DNA from: Betaproteobacteria bacterium
GTDB taxonomy: Bacteria; Pseudomonadota; Gammaproteobacteria; Burkholderiales; SG8-41
Direction of reading: 5' to 3'
NCBI GenBank assembly: GCA_025363435.1
Contig: JANYDY010000012.1
Location: 3,091 to 67,090, forward strand
DNA: 64,000 bases
The notes under the pieces were generated by a model. It saw only the letters and a program-made list of their open reading frames with translations, was not told where the DNA came from and did not search any database. The position numbers were made by a program, and so were the translations under genes. The first letter of the stretch is position 1. Every line of letters starts with the position of its first letter. Of this stretch, positions 1 through 8,538 are shown piece by piece.

Positions 1-252
1 GTAATTAAACTGCTCGTTCGGATGCGTGTGCGCTTTGGCGCCGGTGCCGCGCGTTTGCCTGGCCAGCGCGATGATCAGATGTTTGCCGGTCAGCACCGCA
101 GCGACAGTGGATGACTTGCTGGTCTGCAGCGTGGCGCCAGACAACAGCTTGCGCGCATCGACGCGCGCGCTGGTCGGGCCTTCAGGCAAGCGGTCAAGCA
201 ACGAAAAATCGTAAACGTACTGCGTGCGTGATTTCTGCAAAACGGATGACAT
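1..252 (-). CDS. Cupin-domain protein, first 84 codons only (3' end lies left of the window)
   Basis: Hand-translated minus-strand ORF with its start at 252 (ATG is the complement of 250-252): MSSVLQKSRTQYVYDFSLLDRLPEGP...GAKAHTHPNEQFNY. It ends in a cupin-type H-x-H-x3-E metal motif. Divergent from the amidase operon. Absent from the ORF track because it is edge-truncated. Confidence 0.5.
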   Translation of the reverse strand, partial: MSSVLQKSRTQYVYDFSLLDRLPEGPTSARVDARKLLSGATLQTSKSSTVAAVLTGKHLIIALARQTRGTGAKAHTHPNEQFNY

Positions 253-362
253 GTGACTCCCTCGCGCTACTGTGCATTTTTTTGCAATGCTAGCACACCA
301 CATTTCACTGCTGCCCGTCTGCGCAGCGACGGCGGCGAGACATCGATTGCGTGTAATATTCC

Positions 363-2009
363 ATGCCTATGAATACCGAACTGCATTACCTGACAATCGC
401 CGAAGCAGCAGCGCTGATCGCCGCGCGCAAACTCTCGCCGCTCGAATACACCGACGCATTGCTCGCACGTATCGGCAGCGTCGATGCGCAGTTGAATGCC
501 TTCATTACGCTCACTGCAGAGTTTGCAAGCGAGCAGGCGCGCAAAGCCGAAACCGAAATCGCCGGCGGGCGTTATCGCGGTGCGCTGCACGGCATTCCGT
601 TCGCATTAAAAGATATCTACAACACGGCGGGCATACTGACTTCCGGCGGATCGAAGGTCTGCCGCGACAACATTCCGTCGTTTGATGCGGCCACAACAAC
701 AAAACTTTATGACGCCGGCGCGGTGCTGCTCGGCAAACTGCAAACGCATGAATTCGCGCATGGCGGACCGTCGTTCGATCTGCCGTGGCCGCCGGCGCGC
801 AATCCGTGGCACCTCGAACACTTCACCGGCGGTTCGTCGAGCGGCTCGGGCGCGGCACTCGCTTCGGGCATGATACCGGCGTCCCTGGGCTCGGACACCG
901 GCGGTTCGATCCGAGGCCCGTCGTCATTCTGCAATCTGGTTGGCCTGATGCCGACCTCGGGTCTGGTCAGCCGGCACGGCGTGATTCCGAATTCGTTTAC
1001 CTTTGATCATTGCGGGCCGATGGCGCGCACGGTCGAGGATTGCGCGATTCTTTTGCAGGCGATCGCCGGTTTCGACGCGCGCGACGCCGGCAGCATCGCC
1101 TCGGACATTCCTGATTACCGCGCCGCCCTCGCCGGCGGCGTGAAGGGTCTCAAGATAGGCGTGCTGCGCCACTACTGGGAACAGGACATGCCGGCGCCGG
1201 CCGATGTCGGGCGCGCGATGGATGCCGCCATCGATGTGTTCAAAAAACTCGGCGCAAAAGTCGAGGATGCGCAAACGCGCCCGATGCAGGACTCGTTCGA
1301 CACCAAAGTCATCATCGCCGAAAGCGAAATCTATTCGATCCACTACGACAATCTGAAATTGCGGCCCGGCGACTTCGGCCGCGATTTTCTCGGCCGCGTG
1401 CTGCCGGCCTGTCTGTTTCAGGCCTCGGACTATGTGCAGGCGTCGCGCGAACACCGCTGCATCGTCGCCGGCATGCAGGCGCTGTATGAAAAGTACGACG
1501 TGCTGCTGACCGCCGGTTTCGGCCCGGCACCGCGGCTCGACACGCACAAGACCGCCAACTTCTGGCAGAAGACCAGTATCTTCACGCCGTCGAACGTGAC
1601 CGGCGGGCCGTCGCTGGTATTGCCGAACGGCGCGAGCAATGGATTACCGCTGGGCATGCAAATTATCGGACGACCCTTCGACGAAGCGACCGTGTTGCGC
1701 ACCGGACACGCCTATCAAATGGCGACCGGCTGGCACACGCGCCATCCGCAACTCACCGCCGGCGCCGCGCAACCGGCAGTTTCACCCAAAGGCAATGAAC
1801 CGCGCGCGGCCGATATGGATAATGCAACGCGCGATTTCGTATTGCACACTGCCGAGCGTGCCGGCCTGAAGCTGAACGACACGCAAAAAACCATCCTGCT
1901 CGAAACCGCGCCCTTCGCTTTGGTGATGGCGGAACGCAACCGCAAACCGCGCGAGCGCATGAACGAACCGGCGCTGGTGTTTCGTTTCCCGCTTAAGCGA
2001 ACAAAATGA
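363..2009 (+). CDS. Amidase-signature (AS) family amidase with an approx. 84-aa C-terminal extension
   Basis: 548-aa ORF. The Lys / cis-Ser / Ser-nucleophile elements are visible (FALKDIY, GGSSSGSGAALASG, GSDTGGSIRGP). The stop overlaps the next start (ATGA at 2006-2009). Confidence 0.9.
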   Translation: MPMNTELHYLTIAEAAALIAARKLSPLEYTDALLARIGSVDAQLNAFITLTAEFASEQARKAETEIAGGRYRGALHGIPFALKDIYNTAGILTSGGSKVCRDNIPSFDAATTTKLYDAGAVLLGKLQTHEFAHGGPSFDLPWPPARNPWHLEHFTGGSSSGSGAALASGMIPASLGSDTGGSIRGPSSFCNLVGLMPTSGLVSRHGVIPNSFTFDHCGPMARTVEDCAILLQAIAGFDARDAGSIASDIPDYRAALAGGVKGLKIGVLRHYWEQDMPAPADVGRAMDAAIDVFKKLGAKVEDAQTRPMQDSFDTKVIIAESEIYSIHYDNLKLRPGDFGRDFLGRVLPACLFQASDYVQASREHRCIVAGMQALYEKYDVLLTAGFGPAPRLDTHKTANFWQKTSIFTPSNVTGGPSLVLPNGASNGLPLGMQIIGRPFDEATVLRTGHAYQMATGWHTRHPQLTAGAAQPAVSPKGNEPRAADMDNATRDFVLHTAERAGLKLNDTQKTILLETAPFALVMAERNRKPRERMNEPALVFRFPLKRTK

Positions 2010-2974
2010 TACGACCAACACTGAATATAGTATTGGCACTCGCCGCATTCAGCGCACAGGCACAGCCGGCGTGGAAGCCCGAGCGGAACGTTGAAATCAT
2101 TGTGCCTGCCGCACCCGGCGCCGCCTTCGATACTACGGGCCGCACCATACAGCGCATCATTCAGGACCAGAAAATGCTGCCAGTTAGCAGCAGCGTGATC
2201 AACAAGGCGGGCGGCGGCGGCACCATTGCGATGAACTACCTTAATCAGCGCCCCGGCGATGGTCACTATCTGTTCGTGATGACGGCGAGCGTGCTGACCA
2301 ATAATTTACTTGGCGTGTCGAAAGACACCTATACCGATTTCACGCCGCTCGCGATGTTGTTCAGCGAATACCTTGCCTACGGCGTGCGCCCGGACTCGCC
2401 GATCAAGTCGGCGAAAGATCTTGCCGATGCGCTGCGCAAAGATCCCGCCGCTTACAGCATCGCAGTTGCCACCAGCCGCGGCGGCGCGCTGCACATCGCC
2501 ACCGGGCTGGCGCTCAAGGCCGCCGGTGTCGATGTCAAAAAACTGCGCATCGTCGTCTTCAACGCCAATGCGGAATCGCTCACCGCGATGCTCGGCGGCC
2601 ACGTTGACGTTGCGGTTTCCACCGTCAACAGTTTTGTGCCACAGCTGCAATCCGGCAAACTGCGCGTGATTGCGGTGTCGTCGCCGCGCCGTCTTAAGGG
2701 TTTCGCCGACGCGCCGACGTGGAAGGAACAGGGCATCAATGCCGAATACTCAAGCTGGCGCGGCATAATGGGCCCGCGCGGCATGAGCGCCGCGCAGATC
2801 GCCTATTGGGAAGGCATCTTCGGCAAACTGACCAAAACAGACGAATGGCGCCAGGATGTCGAAACAAATCTGTGGGAAGTAACATTCAGTAACAGCCGCG
2901 AAGCGCTGAAAGAAATGGCCCAGCACAATGACGATTTCAAACGCATACTGGTCGAACTGGAACTCGCAAAATAG
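2006..2974 (+). CDS. Bug/TctC-family periplasmic tricarboxylate-type solute receptor (paralog 1, divergent)
   Basis: 322-aa ORF. Signal peptide MIRPTLNIVLALAAFSAQAQP, N-terminal VEIIVPAAPGAAFDTTGR and central LTAMLGGHVDVAVS motifs typical of the family. Translationally coupled to the amidase. Confidence 0.85.
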   Translation: MIRPTLNIVLALAAFSAQAQPAWKPERNVEIIVPAAPGAAFDTTGRTIQRIIQDQKMLPVSSSVINKAGGGGTIAMNYLNQRPGDGHYLFVMTASVLTNNLLGVSKDTYTDFTPLAMLFSEYLAYGVRPDSPIKSAKDLADALRKDPAAYSIAVATSRGGALHIATGLALKAAGVDVKKLRIVVFNANAESLTAMLGGHVDVAVSTVNSFVPQLQSGKLRVIAVSSPRRLKGFADAPTWKEQGINAEYSSWRGIMGPRGMSAAQIAYWEGIFGKLTKTDEWRQDVETNLWEVTFSNSREALKEMAQHNDDFKRILVELELAK

Positions 2975-2988
2975 CACGGAGAATATTG

Positions 2989-4002
2989 ATGACAGCTGCA
3001 ACCACCCCGCTGTGGGCCGAACAAACCGAAGGCCGCTGGTTTACGCGCATACCGGTCACCACCATGCTGAACGGTGCGCAACTGACGCTGCCGCTGCACG
3101 TCGTTACCGGCAAACAGGCCGGCCCCACTTTCGGCATCGTCACCAATGTGCACGGCGATGAATTTCTGCCGACCACAGCGATCCGCACGATGATCAACGA
3201 ACTCGATACCGCGAAACTCAAAGGCCGCCTCGTCATTATCTCGGTGGCCAATCCGATGGCGACTGCCGGTTTCGGCCGCCTCACGCCGGAACAACACGGC
3301 CGCACCGATCTGCACGAAGTGTTTCCGGGCAACGCACGCGGCAACACTACGCAGATGATCGCTGCGGCGATTACCGCCAACGTGCTCGATCACATCGACG
3401 CCTACATCGATTTCCATTCCGGCGGCAGCGGCGGACGGCTGCAGGCGCGCGTCGATTACAACAGCAAGGCCTCGGACGAAATCAAGGCGCAGAGCCTCGC
3501 GCTGGCACGCGCCTTTGGCATGCCCTTCGTGCATGAAAATGATCTTACCGGCACCGCAACGCATTACCTGAATCTCAAACGCAATATTCCCGGCGCCAAT
3601 CCGGAAATGGGCGGTTCCTATCTCGGCCCGGAAAACACTGCGCTATATACCAAGCAGGCGATTGCCGGCCTGCACGGCATGATGGCGCATCTGGGCATGC
3701 TCGATGGCAAAACAAAACCGCCGCGCCAACTCGATTTCAACCAGAAAGCGCGCCACGAAATCCGGCCATTGAACAGCGGCTATCTGGTATCGAACTACGA
3801 ACAGGCCGGTGACCTCGGCAAACTGGTCAAAAAAGGTGCCAAGCTCGGCGAAGTCGTTGATATTTACAGTTATGACGTGCTCGAAGAAATGACGGCACCG
3901 GTGGACGGCTATCTGTTTTTCTCGCGTTATTCTGGCGTGGTCGGCGCCGGCACGCAGGCATTCGCAATCGCCGAGCAGGCGGCTTCGCGCTGGCTGGATT
4001 AA
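2989..4002 (+). CDS. AstE/AspA-type (succinylglutamate desuccinylase/aspartoacylase, M14-like) zinc deacylase
   Basis: ORF 2986..4002. I prefer the ATG at 2989, 8 nt after GGAG (2977-2980). It has the family's H-x-x-E ... H arrangement (VHGDEF, FHSGGSGG) and typical length. Confidence 0.8.
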   Translation: MTAATTPLWAEQTEGRWFTRIPVTTMLNGAQLTLPLHVVTGKQAGPTFGIVTNVHGDEFLPTTAIRTMINELDTAKLKGRLVIISVANPMATAGFGRLTPEQHGRTDLHEVFPGNARGNTTQMIAAAITANVLDHIDAYIDFHSGGSGGRLQARVDYNSKASDEIKAQSLALARAFGMPFVHENDLTGTATHYLNLKRNIPGANPEMGGSYLGPENTALYTKQAIAGLHGMMAHLGMLDGKTKPPRQLDFNQKARHEIRPLNSGYLVSNYEQAGDLGKLVKKGAKLGEVVDIYSYDVLEEMTAPVDGYLFFSRYSGVVGAGTQAFAIAEQAASRWLD

Positions 4003-4066
4003 AATCGGCAGCAAATCGCGATATCCCTTGGGGATGCCGCTAATAAATTTCTCCGGGGACACTCAA

Positions 4067-5041
4067 ATGCGCTCACTCAAACTGTTGTCTGCAATCGCAC
4101 TGTCGGCTCTGTTCATCACACCCGTTGTGTACGCCGCACAAACTGCGCAAACGGCATTCCCGGAAAAACCGATCCGCCTCGTTATCGGCAGTGCACCCGG
4201 TTCCGGTCCCGACATCATTTCGCGCGCGTTGTCCGAGCGCCTGTTCGGCGCCTGGGGGCAGCGCGTGGTGGTCGACTCGCGGCCCGGCGTTGCCGGCGTG
4301 CTCAGTGCCGATCTGGTATTACACTCGCCGGCCGACGGCTATACTTGGATGATGCTGACCTCGCAACTGCTGGTCGCCACCGCCGTCTTCCCGAACGTCA
4401 AATTCAATCTCGAAAAAGATTTTTCCTCGCTGAGCCTGATCGGCACCACCTCCTTCGTGCTCGTCGTCAATCCGGAACTGCCGGCGAAATCGATCAAGGA
4501 ACTGATCGAGTATGCGAAAAAAACGCCGCTTAAATACGGCTCGGCCGGCACCGGCGCATCGGAACATCTGTCGGGTGTGCTGTTCACCAAACTGACCGGC
4601 ACCGACATGCTGCACGTCCCGTACAAGGGTGTCGCCGAAGCGATGGGGGCGACCATGGGCAAGGAAGTCAATCTGACCTACGGCGTGGTGCCGGCGGTGG
4701 TCGGTGCGATCCAGGGGGGACGCGTACGGGCGCTCGGCGTCACCGGACCGCGGCGCAGCCCGCTGCTGCCGGACGTGCCATCGATCTCCGAAGCCGTGCC
4801 CGGTTATCAAACGCTCGCCTGGTACAGCATCGTCGCGCCAACCGGAATTCCTGACGCGATACTCGCCAAGGCCAGTGCCGCGATCAGCAAGATTGTCAAA
4901 GACCCGCAGTTCGGCGAACAATTGAAAGGCCTCGGCCTCGAGATCGTCGGCAGCAACCGCGCCGAGCTCGATAAATTCCGCGCCGAACAAAGAAAGTCGA
5001 TCACCGAGATCGTCAAGATATCAGGCGTTGACGTTAAATAG
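4067..5041 (+). CDS. Bug/TctC-family periplasmic solute receptor (paralog 2)
   Basis: ORF 4028..5041. The ATG at 4067 gives signal peptide MRSLKLLSAIALSALFITPVVYA and follows GGGGA. Motifs FPEKPIRLVIGSAPGSGPDIISR and LHVPYKGVAEA. Confidence 0.9.
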   Translation: MRSLKLLSAIALSALFITPVVYAAQTAQTAFPEKPIRLVIGSAPGSGPDIISRALSERLFGAWGQRVVVDSRPGVAGVLSADLVLHSPADGYTWMMLTSQLLVATAVFPNVKFNLEKDFSSLSLIGTTSFVLVVNPELPAKSIKELIEYAKKTPLKYGSAGTGASEHLSGVLFTKLTGTDMLHVPYKGVAEAMGATMGKEVNLTYGVVPAVVGAIQGGRVRALGVTGPRRSPLLPDVPSISEAVPGYQTLAWYSIVAPTGIPDAILAKASAAISKIVKDPQFGEQLKGLGLEIVGSNRAELDKFRAEQRKSITEIVKISGVDVK

Positions 5042-5087
5042 TTGCGGCATAGCCGATCGGCCGTGCCGGCACTGAGGAGCATTCGAC

Positions 5088-5879
5088 ATGGATTTTGAAC
5101 TGCGCGGCAAGGTCGCGATCGTCGGCGGCGCGAGCAAAGGCCTCGGTCGTGCATGCGCCGAAGTGCTGGCCGAGGAAGGCATGCAGCTCGTCATCTGCAG
5201 CCGCAACGCCGGCGATCTCGAAAAAGCCGCACAGGAAATCCGCGACAAAACCAAGACCGGCATCCTGGCCTTCGCCGGCGACCTCGAGCAACTCGACGTC
5301 ATCCAGAAGATGATCGCGGCGGCAGTCGAAAAATTCGGCCGTCTCGATGTGCTGGTGAACAATTCCGGCGGCCCGCCGCTGGCGAAATCGCACAGCGCGA
5401 CCGAGGAGCAATGGGCGACGGCGGTGCAGCGCTCTTTGCTTTATTTCGCACGCATGTCAAGAGAATCCCTGCCCCATCTGAAAAAGCAGAAGAGTGGCCG
5501 CATTATCAACATTCTTGCCAGCACTGTGTATCAGCCGATCGCCAATCTGGCGCTTTCGGGCGCTACGCGCATGGGCGTAGTGGCGTTTGCGAAAAGCCTC
5601 GCCGATGAAGTCGGGCGCGACGGCATATTGGTCAATAACGTCTGCCCCGGTTCGCTGTTGAGCGAACGCATGCTCGGCAACGTCAAGTCGCGCGCGAAGG
5701 AAGCCGGCATGCCGCTCGAACAGGCACTTGCCGAACGCGCTGCAGAAACCGCCATCGGGCGCATCGGCGAACCGCGCGAACTGGCGAATCTGGTGGCTTT
5801 TCTGGCGTCGGGAAAATCCAGCTACATCACCGGCACTACCATCCGCGTTGACGGCGGGCTGGTGCGCTCGGTACTGTAA
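5088..5879 (+). CDS. Short-chain dehydrogenase/reductase (SDR, FabG-like)
   Basis: 263-aa ORF preceded by GAGGAG. Cofactor motif IVGGASKGLGRA and NNSGG. Typical length. Confidence 0.9.
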   Translation: MDFELRGKVAIVGGASKGLGRACAEVLAEEGMQLVICSRNAGDLEKAAQEIRDKTKTGILAFAGDLEQLDVIQKMIAAAVEKFGRLDVLVNNSGGPPLAKSHSATEEQWATAVQRSLLYFARMSRESLPHLKKQKSGRIINILASTVYQPIANLALSGATRMGVVAFAKSLADEVGRDGILVNNVCPGSLLSERMLGNVKSRAKEAGMPLEQALAERAAETAIGRIGEPRELANLVAFLASGKSSYITGTTIRVDGGLVRSVL

Positions 5880-6017
5880 GGCTTGGCCGCGACCGCAGGT
5901 CGTGGCGCCGGCGGATGATTGTAACTTCCCGCCAATCGGCCTAGGATTCAGCCAACACGCCGGAATTCCACAGAGCGTGGTCGCCGAGAATATCGAATGC
6001 CCAGGGAGGATAGCCAA

Positions 6018-7670
6018 ATGCGCATCAGAAATCTTTTGTCCGGCGCCACCACCGTTCTAGCGTTGTTTTCCCTGCCTGCACCGGCGCAAACGCCCGCAGC
6101 GCTGAGCGGTCAGGTCAGCTCCGCTGAAGAAAGCGTGATGGAGGGCGTGGTCGTCAGCGCGAAAAAAGACGGCTCGACGATCAGCATCAGTGTCATTACC
6201 AACGCGCAGGGCCGGTTCGCTTTTCCGGCTTCGCGGCTGGAACCCGGACATTACACCTTGAAGGCGCGCGCCGCTGGCTATGAGATCGACGGCGCCAAAG
6301 CCGCCGATGTCGCTAGTGGCCAGGAAGCAAAGGCCGACATCCGGCTCAGGAAAATGAAAAACCTGTCGGCGACGCTGACCAATGCCGAATGGATGATGAG
6401 CATGCCGGGCAGCGACGAGCAGAAACGATTTCTGCTTAACTGCAACGGCTGCCACACGCTCGAACGCATCATGAAGTCGAGCTATGACGCTGACGGCTTT
6501 CTGCAGGTCTTCCAGCGCATGGCCAATTATTATCCGGGCAGCACGCCGTTGAAACCGCAGCGGCTGGCCGGCACCGCAACACGCAACATCGAACGCGGCG
6601 CCGACAGCAGGAAGACCGCGGAATGGCTCGCCAGCATCAACCTGAGCCAGCAGCAAACATGGTCGTTTCCACTCAAGACCGAGCCGCGGCTCACCGGCAA
6701 ATCGACACGCGTGGTCATCACCGAATACGATTTGCCGAACCCGCTGATCCAGCCCCACGACGTGGTGCTCGATCGCGCCGGCAACGTCTGGTACTCGGAT
6801 TTCGGCCAGATGTTTCTCGGTAAGATGGATCCGAAGACCGGCAAGGTCACGCAATATCCGATTCCCGTCGTCAAGCCGGGCTGGTCGGAAGGCACGCTCG
6901 ATCTTGAATTCGACAAGAACGACAACCCCTGGGTCGGCGTGATGTATCAGAGTGCCATCGCCCGATTCGACAGGAAGTCCGAGAAGTTCCAGATGTGGCA
7001 GACGCCCAAGGAATGGGACACCGACGCCGGCCAGCTCGGCCATCTCGCGATCACCGGCACCGACCTGGACAACAAAGTGTGGATCAAAAACTCGGACGGC
7101 GGCAACATCTACCGCCTCGATCTTGTTTCCAACAAGATGGAAAACCTCGGCAACTTCAAGGATCCGCGCGGCGGCAAGCGCATCGGCACTTACGGCATCC
7201 ACTCTGACGCGCAGAACAATGCCTATCTGCTCGACTTCGCCGCCGGCAATATCGTCAAGATCGACGCCAAATCGAAAGATGTCACCGTCTACGTAACGCC
7301 GACGCCGAATTCACGGCCGCGGCGCGGCCGCGTCGATCACGAAGGCCGCCTGTGGTTCGCCGAATATGCGGGCAATGCCATCGGCATGTTCGATCCGAAG
7401 ACCGAAAAAATCACAGAGTGGAAAGTGCCGACACCGTGGAGCGCGCCCTATGACGCGATGGCCGGCCGCAACGGCGAAGCGTGGACCGGGTCGATGCTGA
7501 CCGACCGTGTGTCGCGCCTCGACCTCAAGAGCGGCCAGTACACCGAATACATGCTGCCGCGTCCGACCAATATCCGCCGCGTTTATGTGGACGACGCAAA
7601 AAGTCCGGGCACATTGTGGATAGGCAGCAATCACGGTGCCTCCATCGTCAAGGTCGAGCCGCTGGACTAA
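6018..7670 (+). CDS. Secreted protein: carboxypeptidase-regulatory-like domain + single CxxCH c-haem motif + seven-bladed Vgb(streptogramin lyase)/NHL-like beta-propeller; function unknown
   Basis: ORF 5997..7670. The ATG at 6018 follows GGGAGGA. Signal peptide MRIRNLLSGATTVLALFSLPAPAQ. CNGCH is encoded at 6441-6455. Seven G-x-x-W-type blade motifs (GNVWYSDF ... GTLWIGSN). Confidence 0.7.
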   Translation: MRIRNLLSGATTVLALFSLPAPAQTPAALSGQVSSAEESVMEGVVVSAKKDGSTISISVITNAQGRFAFPASRLEPGHYTLKARAAGYEIDGAKAADVASGQEAKADIRLRKMKNLSATLTNAEWMMSMPGSDEQKRFLLNCNGCHTLERIMKSSYDADGFLQVFQRMANYYPGSTPLKPQRLAGTATRNIERGADSRKTAEWLASINLSQQQTWSFPLKTEPRLTGKSTRVVITEYDLPNPLIQPHDVVLDRAGNVWYSDFGQMFLGKMDPKTGKVTQYPIPVVKPGWSEGTLDLEFDKNDNPWVGVMYQSAIARFDRKSEKFQMWQTPKEWDTDAGQLGHLAITGTDLDNKVWIKNSDGGNIYRLDLVSNKMENLGNFKDPRGGKRIGTYGIHSDAQNNAYLLDFAAGNIVKIDAKSKDVTVYVTPTPNSRPRRGRVDHEGRLWFAEYAGNAIGMFDPKTEKITEWKVPTPWSAPYDAMAGRNGEAWTGSMLTDRVSRLDLKSGQYTEYMLPRPTNIRRVYVDDAKSPGTLWIGSNHGASIVKVEPLD

Positions 7671-7770
7671 GCCACTGGGCAGGCGTGAAAACCCGGCCCG
7701 GCGTTTGCTAACTACCGATAGCGCTGCAGATTTGTCGGCACGGCAAGCGCTTCCGAAACGCTGATGGCTT

Positions 7771-7806
7771 GCAATAAATATTGTTATTAATCAATAAATT
7801 ACAATG
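7771..7806. promoter_or_regulatory. AT-rich block with nested palindromes upstream of cspA (possible UP element or nucleoid-protein site)
   Basis: gcaataaatattgttattaatcaataaattacaatg contains CAATA-aa-TATTG, TTATT-aatc-AATAA and two CAATAAAT repeats. It is the most AT-rich stretch I noticed in this GC-rich window. Confidence 0.3.
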
Positions 7807-7857
7807 ACGATCTCGTTTCCGGCAAAACCTGCCGGAGGGGCGCGAAAAAAGATTCCA

Positions 7858-7886
7858 CTTGTCAGAATCGCCCGCAGCATAGAAAC
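7858..7886 (+). promoter_or_regulatory. Candidate sigma70 promoter for cspA (weak -10)
   Basis: TTGTCA (7858-7863), 17-nt spacer, GAAACT (7881-7886). This would give a leader of about 130 nt, consistent with long csp 5' UTRs. Motif match only. Confidence 0.2.
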
Positions 7887-8021
7887 TCCCGAGGTCGATT
7901 GGTTATTGGCAAGTTCTCTTGGCAGCCGTTCAGGCTGCTTTCGCGATTTTTTCCGATGGATCATTTGATGCCGCGCTCAATATCGTGCGCGGCCTATTGC
8001 AACACATCTACTAGGAACACA

Positions 8022-8231
8022 ATGTCTACTACGGGCACCGTAAAGTTTTTCAATGCAACCAAGGGCTTCGGCTTCATCGCACCGCAAGACGGATCGAAGG
8101 ACGTTTTCGTCCACATTTCGGCCGTGGAAAAAGCCGGCATGTCGACGTTGAGCGAAAATCAACAGATTTCGTTCGAACTCGAGCGCGGCAATAACGGCAA
8201 GACTTCCGCCGTCAATCTGAAAGCAGTGTAA
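8022..8231 (+). CDS. cspA: Cold-shock protein, CspA family
   Basis: [35 protein letters not shown] has the RNP1/RNP2 motifs (KGFGFI, VFVHI). 69 aa from the ATG at 8022. The track's TTG start at 7899 is an artefactual extension. Confidence 0.95.
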   Translation: MSTTGTVKFFNATKGFGFIAPQDGSKDVFVHISAVEKAGMSTLSENQQISFELERGNNGKTSAVNLKAV

Positions 8232-8241
8232 AGAGTCCTGA

Positions 8242-8267
8242 GCAAGCGACCGCCTGCGGTCGCTTGC
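8242..8267 (+). terminator. Hairpin immediately downstream of cspA (10-bp stem, 6-nt loop; no clear U-tract)
   Basis: gcaagcgacc-gcctgc-ggtcgcttgc, 11 nt after the cspA stop. Confidence 0.5.
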
Positions 8268-8538
8268 GGTTGGTCGAAACCACATTGCGCGCGCGGCGAC
8301 GCAGGCAGTCGGCGGATTAAAAGCGCGGGTTTCGCAGGATGGCGGTACCGCAATCCTGAAATCACGGGATGCTTCCCGTGTGCAAAACACAGTTTTCTCG
8401 ACCGGGCGTTTTAGCAACCCCGTCCGGCCTTTGGGTCATAATCGACCTGTATTACAAATTGCGGCACGAACAGGCATAAAATCCCGTTCACAATGCCGCT
8501 ATAGTGTGCATCAACAACTACGATCGGGAGTATTACGG

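Noticed and set aside
270-300. Possible sigma54 (-24/-12) promoter in the cupin/amidase divergent region (GG..TTGCA-like string)
   Set aside because: The GG-to-GC spacing is off by 2 nt relative to TGGCAC-N5-TTGCW, and no enhancer-binding protein gene is nearby.
6057-7202. 381-aa minus-strand ORF opposite the haem/propeller gene
   Set aside because: The plus-strand frame has a signal peptide, an RBS and repeated blade motifs. The antisense translation is featureless and Arg/Ala-rich.
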